From positions 3,162,001 to 3,226,000 of the forward strand of contig CATNEN010000041.1 of assembly GCA_950097015.1 (NCBI GenBank): 64,000 bases of DNA, in the 5' to 3' direction. The notes under the pieces were generated by a model, which searched no databases, was not told the DNA's origin, and worked only from the letters and a program-made list of their open reading frames with translations. Every line of letters begins with the position of its first letter. Position 1 is the stretch's first letter. A program made the position numbers and the translations under genes. Positions 57,996 through 64,000 of this stretch are shown here, in pieces. This DNA is from Macrostomum hystrix. Lineage: Eukaryota; Animalia; Platyhelminthes.

Positions 57996-58299
57996 CTCTT
58001 CTATTGTTTGTTCGCAATGCAGGATTGGTTCAATTGGGTTGTTCCGATTTTTTATCGGGTTTATGTTTCGTTTATCAGGACATGATCAGGACATGCTTGC
58101 ATGAGTTTAGTGTTGCTAGTGTTTAATTTTTTAAAGTTTTGTTTTGTTTTGTTTGTTTCCTTTGACTAGATTGCTCAAAGATATGCCCTGATTGACTGCA
58201 TCTTGAGGTGAAAGCTCAACAATGACTAGCATAATCCACAGTAAGCATAGGTCTTCTCACCTTCTGATTTGCAGCGCATCATCTGAACTCTGACCGCCA

Positions 58300-60952
58300 A
58301 TGTCAGCGCCATCGTTTGCCCAAGCGGCATCCGGCCCACAACCAAACCGCGATGACCAGGAAGAGCAGCTTGACTTTGTTGACGATGTTCCTCAACAGAC
58401 ACCAGCACAGCCTTCTGTCCCTGTTGACGAAGAAGGCGATGATGGTGAAGCCTCAGACACAAGCGCCAGCGACGGCGAGCTTCGTTCCAGTGATGATAAT
58501 GAGGATGGCGAGGTTCGAGGAGACGGAGAGAAGGACTTTGAGGAGGGCGAGGTCCTGTCCGAGGACGAGGCAGCCGCAGCTGCTGCAGTCAAAGCAGCAG
58601 AAGAAGCAGCAGCCAGTCCAGTTCCGGCAGAGTTGGAGGCGCAAGCGGAGCCTTCAAAACCCAAGACGGAGACACCGTGGGAGAAGGCCCTTCGAGTGGC
58701 TCGGGAGCGCCGCGCCAAGGCGCAGGAACGTCGGCTGGTTGAGGCGGAGGCCTTTAAGGAGAAAAAGCTGAACCTGCCTGCTGCCAGGGATGAGGCTCTC
58801 GCAAAACAGCTGTCGGCGGCGACCGTCTTGACCCCAAAACCCAAGCCCCCACCGCCGCCGCCACCGCCACCGCCACAGCCGGCAGCGCAGAAAGCCAAGA
58901 AGGCACAGGCGCCGCGTCTGCCAACGGCTCTTGTTGCACGGCCGGAACCTGAGCCGATGTTCTGCGAGTACTACATGGCGGCTTCAGAGGACGCAAGGCG
59001 GAAGCGCTTCTTGCCCAGAGACATCGATGATGTTGGAGACGACAGCATTGGTGAATCAGCCGCTGCTGAGGCTGCTGCCGCCGCAGCCGCTGCAGTGGCA
59101 GCTGCCGAAGAGAAGGTGAGTAAAATAATTAACGTAATACAATGGTTATTTGTTATGATTATATTATTTATACTTCTGGAATCGGCTCACCTACGCGACA
59201 TTGCTTTAATGCACTGGAGGCCCTGATGCATAATTTTTTATGTTCTTGCTGTGTCAACTATGAAATTGTCTAAGTTGTGGTTCCACGGCAAACCGTCTGC
59301 AGGAGGAGGACCTCGAATACTACCGGGACGTGTTCCGCGAAGTCCAGGAAACTCGCCGATGGCGCCGCGAGATGGAGAAGCGGCAGCAGGAGGCCGCAGC
59401 GGCTGCCAGCGCAAGAGCCGCTGAATCTGCCAGTGCCAGCGATAGTGCCACCGCAGCTTTAGGAGCTCCGTCTGGCCGGCACCACCGACACGTGCAGCAG
59501 CCGGCGCAGCATCATCGGCGCCATCAGCACACAGAAAATGGCGAAGGTTCGGCAAATGCTGGTTACCAGGCGGTTGGTCAAAGACGCGGCCGACCTCGAC
59601 ATCCAGGAGACTCTGCTGGTGGCTCGGCCACCTGGCTCGATCCCTGGGACCGCAACCGGGCCGGGCAGCGTCGGCGCCGGCAGGGCGGTTCCACGGACTC
59701 TAGCAGCAGCTCGTCGTCCTCCTCTTCGCACTCCTACCGCTCCTCTTCTTCATCCTCATCCACTTCGTCAACATCCTCCTCGTCAGCGGCCTCGTCAATG
59801 CGCCGCCCTGGTGGCCGAGACGATCGGCCACCACCGCCAGCGCCCGCTGCACAGGCAGAGCGCCGTCGAGGTGCACCGCTTCCCGCCGCCTACAGAGACG
59901 GCGCTGTTGCAGGTGTGCCCGACTCGGCCAGCCGACAACCACTGACAGCTCAGCGTCGCCGGTCAGACTCTGCCAGCTCTGATTCGTCCGCTTCGTCTTC
60001 TTCCTCTTCTTCATCATCATCTTCCTCGGGTTCTTCCTCCAGCTCCGAGGGCTCTTCCTCCACTTCTTCCGAAGAAGGCGGCGGTGAGGTACACCCGTCT
60101 GGAGGTCCGACTGAATCCACCGAGCGACGCCAGAAGCAGCCGCACCAGCCGCCAGCGGACGGCCAACAGGGTGGGAAGCTCCGCTCGCACGCTGTTCTCC
60201 CGCCGCCCTTATCTTCTCAGCAGTCAGATGAAAGCCGGCACGCAGGCAGTCGCGCTACAGCCTCGGCAGCGCCCCTTGGTCATCGCAAGCCGCCTCCTCC
60301 AGCCCCTCCACCGCAGCTGCAGCCGCAGCAGTTGCAAGATCGAAAGCGTCGACCTAGTCCATCGGACAATCCCGGCAAGCGACTGCGGCCAACTGAAGTG
60401 GGCGACGCCAGAAAATGTAAGCGCGAACCTCTTAATGATTATTGGTTATCCCTGCTTTGTAGTGCAATAGTAAGTGTAAATTTTATCGATGAAATAAATC
60501 GTAGGTCAACGAGAATTTTGTTTCTCGGTTGGCCAATCGCTAGCTAAGATTCCACGGGCTAAGATTCCACGGGCACTGTCGCGACAATTACTAAGCATTT
60601 ATTTGTGCACCCAGCGAGTCCGAATTGATCTGCCTATATAACTTTGACGCGACTCGGCAAGCCTAGTTCAGTGCTGTGCCCCGCCCCATCCTGAACTTGA
60701 TCTAGCGCCTGTTTCTGCGGTCCCCACAAATTTCACCCGCAACCACCCACAGCCCGCGACCCGTCTTCTCGGCCGCCGGCCACAGCTGCGGACAGTGCGG
60801 AGTCAGACGCGGTGGCCAATCGGAAGCAGCGATCATCCACAGCGCTGGTTCGCAAAGAGCAGCTGCTGAAGCAGCTGAAGGCAGTCGAGGACGCCATCAG
60901 CAAGAAGCGTGCGAAGATGGATGCCAGTGGACAAAAGACTGCGGGTCCTTGA
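58300..60952 (+). CDS. ZC3H18: ZC3H18-like nuclear cap-binding-complex/exosome adaptor (709 aa)
   Basis: Exons 58300-59115, 59303-60416 and 60753-60952 are phase-compatible. Acidic N-terminus with FEEGEV; TPWEKALRVARERRAKAQERR..AFKEKKLNL resembles human SAWERGLRHAKE..DFEEKRF; poly-Ser tracts; C-terminal RKEQLLKQLKAVEDAISKKRAK resembles human RREELLKQLKAVEDAIARKRAK. Confidence 0.82.
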
Positions 60953-62000
60953 GTAGTGCTGAATTGGCCACCTAACTGCCAAGCGCTATTTTGCATGCTT
61001 TACTATATTTGTTTGCCTGCACCACTAGCCTGGCCAGACCTGTCCATCACCCAGCTGTGGGTGCCATGGAAACTAAAAATATCAAAATCGCACCCCTGCT
61101 CCTCCCCTACTAGTATCTTTGGCCTACTTGCCAAAGTGACTTGGCCTAAGTTTAGCAAAATTCGCATTTTCTTGCTATAAATTCGGCCCTATGAATGGTA
61201 AGTTCGTGAATCCAGAATATTTGTCTCCTTTTTTATGTCCTTTTGCTAGTGTGCTTATGATATATCAAGTTCACATTCGTCTCTTAGTTTTTCATGCCCG
61301 TTGTCATGGATGCTGATTGTGCGTGTCCTGGAATTTAGTTTTATTTATACTCTTAATCAGCGCGCAATATAAGCATTGAGTTGCAAGCCGAATCCTTTTC
61401 TTGTTGTACTCTGTAGTCTGATTTGCACAGAAGAGCTAGCTCTGGGCTGCTCAGACAATTGCTGGTTTGCGCTATGCCTTCTGTTCTCAGTAATTAAACA
61501 AAGCTCATCTAACGTGGTTAACAATTCTGCTGCAGAGCTTTCAATTTATGTCACATATCGTTTCGAATGCTGAGGCCTGATCGATAAACTTGGCCAAGCT
61601 TTACTCAAAATAGTGAACTTGTTAGGATTGTAATTCATAGTCAACTTATAAATCGAGCGTCTAGGCCAGACAGGGGCACTGTTAACACTTGACTGCTCAA
61701 TGCAGCGAAAACATATATAGCTCGTATATACAATTTAATAAGTTCAAGCCTAAAAATTGAAATAATAAATAATACTACATATTTCTGTAATAAAAATACA
61801 GATAAAAAGTTCAAAGACGCGGGTCATACGTGCGTATGAATATTCCTATTTGTTGTTGCATAGGAGCGGAATTATGAATAAAAAGCCATGACAGCAATGG
61901 CTTGAATTACGAACTGATGTTTATTTGATAAGTAGAAACTAAGGCCGAGAGAAATGGATTAACCTAAATCGCTCTAGCAAAATGAGCAAAAAGGCACAGG

Positions 62001-63879
62001 TCACCAGGTCTGGCTACGGTTGGAGCGAAGTCTGTCAGAGCCCAGATTTACGCAGTGCTCAAAGGCGTTGTAGCTGGTGACGGAGCAGCCGTTGCGCAGC
62101 CTCAGCAGCTCCAGACAAGTTAGCCAAGGACATCCGGTGGCGATGCTGGACAGGGCAGCCGGGGTCAGCTTGCTACAGTCGGACAGGCGGAGACGCCGCA
62201 GACCCCTGGCAACCGGACTGGCGCAGAGGTCGGCGACCGCGTCATCGGTGAGACTGGAGGCGCTGCAGATTTTGACCTGAAGCTCGTGCAGGTCGGGCGG
62301 AGAGCTTACCGTGCTCTGCAGGCTTCGCAGGTTCGCCCAGGCCTGGCGGGTCAGACGGCTACAGTCCTTGAGGCGCAGACTGCGTAGGCGGGGCAGCTGG
62401 CTGAGCAAGAAGGGAAGAAGGTCGTCATCGCAGTCATTCAAGACCAGATGGGTCAGCTCTGGGGGATGTTCAAACGCCATGATTGAGTAAAAGGTCAAGT
62501 GATATACAGGACATGATATGGCATAGAAATTATGTCGCAGAGAATCGCACTCACCCCGGCAGCCGGCCAGGCCGTTTCGCAGTCCCCGAATGCCGCAGTC
62601 TCCCGCACTCCAGAACATCAGCATAAGTCGCTTAAGCCCAGAGGGCAGCGGCGCTTCCAGCTCCTCTTCTGTCGGGTCTTCAGTGCAATGCAGTCGCAGA
62701 GATTCCAGGTGTTGTGGCAGGCGGGCAGCAACGATGCGGTACTCAGAACCATCTAGCAGGTGACCATCGTACAGGTCAAGACATTGCAGCATGCGGCAAT
62801 TATCTACTAGTGCGCTAATGCCGCTGGGACTCATTTCACAGCACTCGCAGAATAATTTCAGAGTACGGAAGCCGCGGCCTGCTTCAGCCAGTACAGAAGC
62901 CAACTCGTCAGTGGCGTCTGCGCAGGACAGACTCAGCTCAGTTAGGCGAGGAAGCCGGCGCAGCAGCTGCCGAAGATCTACGGAAGTGGCGGCAAAGTGC
63001 ACTCAAATACTAATCATAAATTAAATAATGACAGCCGAAAACGATTTCTGAAAACCGACTGCTCTAGAATTAGACTGTGTTCTGAAAACAGACTGCTCTA
63101 GAATGCTCACCGGACTCAGTCAGTTCACTAAAGCCGTCCAAAGTGAGTGTGCTCAGCTCCGGGCAATCTGGCAGCACGGGAATTAGCGACGCCAGCAGAG
63201 AGCCGTCTCGCAGGCTCAGCGATGTCAAACGGCTGACCAGAGAAGCCAGCTGGGAGATGGCCAGAGGGTCAGGAGGAAAGGCTTCCTCTTCGTCAAAAGA
63301 AAGCTTCAGGTGCGAGAGTTTTGGGCAGCCGGCCTGCAGCTGCGCAAGCGAGTCGGCAACTAGCACACTTCTATCGCAGTTTTTCAGCTGCAGTGTCTGC
63401 AGCTGGTGGCACCAGCGGCCCAGAATCCACAGCAGATTTTCTGCATTTGATGAGCCGATATCCCAGCAGATGGTCAGGCTCTGGAGGCTGGGAGACTCGG
63501 CTAGCAGCGGAGCAATGAACTGCCAGTCACTGGCAACCGAGAAGCGAAGCTCACGCAGTGCTCCGGATAGCCAGCTGGTCAGGTGGCGCTGTAGTTTCGC
63601 GGTGATGACAGAATCTCTTCCCCCGATGCGGAGCCGGTTCCACAGAATTGGCTGCAAAGCCACCCTATGCCAGCGCCGGCTCAGCTGAGCGCAGCGGCCC
63701 CGACTGCTCTGGCTCAGCATTGACAGGATGCGCGTGACCAGCTCCATGGGCAGCTGCTCGATTTGACACTGACTGTCGGCCTTCAGCGATTCAGTTAAAA
63801 TCTCTGGTTGCATTATTGAGCAGCTCAGCACAGCAGGCTGAACTCTTACATCTTCTAGATTGATCTCAATTGCGCCCAT
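62001..63879 (-). CDS. F-box/leucine-rich-repeat protein (FBXL-like, 557 aa)
   Basis: F-box IEQLPMELVTRILSMLS..RCAQLSRRWHRVALQPILW followed by cysteine-containing LRRs (LRSLRLKDCSRLT, LRRLRLSDCSKLT). Exons 63879-63111, 63001-62555 and 62458-62001, all phase 1 (1674 nt). Confidence 0.88.
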
Positions 63880-64000
63880 ATCCCCTCATCTCCGATGTGC
63901 TTAGTAGAGATAGAACGAATATTTGTTATTCGGAAAGTTGCATTTTAAAGGATTCTAATGTAGGGTAATTAGTAAGTGCACTTCCAATTTAAGGTTCTGA

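Noticed and set aside
58955-58985. FCEYY as a CCCH zinc finger
   Set aside because: No second or third Cys or His at the required spacing.
60544-60575. 15-bp direct duplication (ctaagattccacggg x2) and similar short doublets at 3634-3675, 12016-12135 and 53960-54270
   Set aside because: Ordinary local duplications with no further structure.

Overview
Eukaryotic, intron-containing invertebrate DNA. The GC-rich Gln/Ala-run exons and dense minisatellites suggest a flatworm such as Macrostomum (inference). Five host genes can be assembled by hand from phase-compatible GT-AG splice sites: a Kv2/Shab potassium channel (minus, 2 exons), an MTSS1/MIM-type I-BAR protein (minus, 5 exons), a fusion of a class-V PLP cysteine-desulfurase-like domain to a TtcA-type PP-loop thiotransferase with a C-terminal membrane anchor (plus, 6 exons), a ZC3H18-like protein apparently without its CCCH finger (plus, 3 exons) and an F-box/LRR protein (minus, 3 exons). 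Mobile DNA: an intact, apparently very young Ty3/gypsy element (34842-43453; 804-bp LTRs, GTCA TSD, GGGAAAC -1 frameshift site, extra non-env ORF3), a related solo LTR (55587-56544, ATTA TSD), a decayed IS630/Tc1 element with a second TIR element nested in its right TIR, and two MITE-like elements. About 17 unrelated tandem arrays fill introns and spacers. The most unusual signal is that both LTR families carry, inside U5, a repeat-spacer-like series of [LTR-end att site + ACTT + tRNA-Leu PBS-like] cassettes (3 in the full element, 4 plus the terminal att in the solo LTR). Most of the retired PBS copies differ from the tRNA-Leu complement mainly by G>A changes. All coordinates and alignments were made by eye; no database searches were run.
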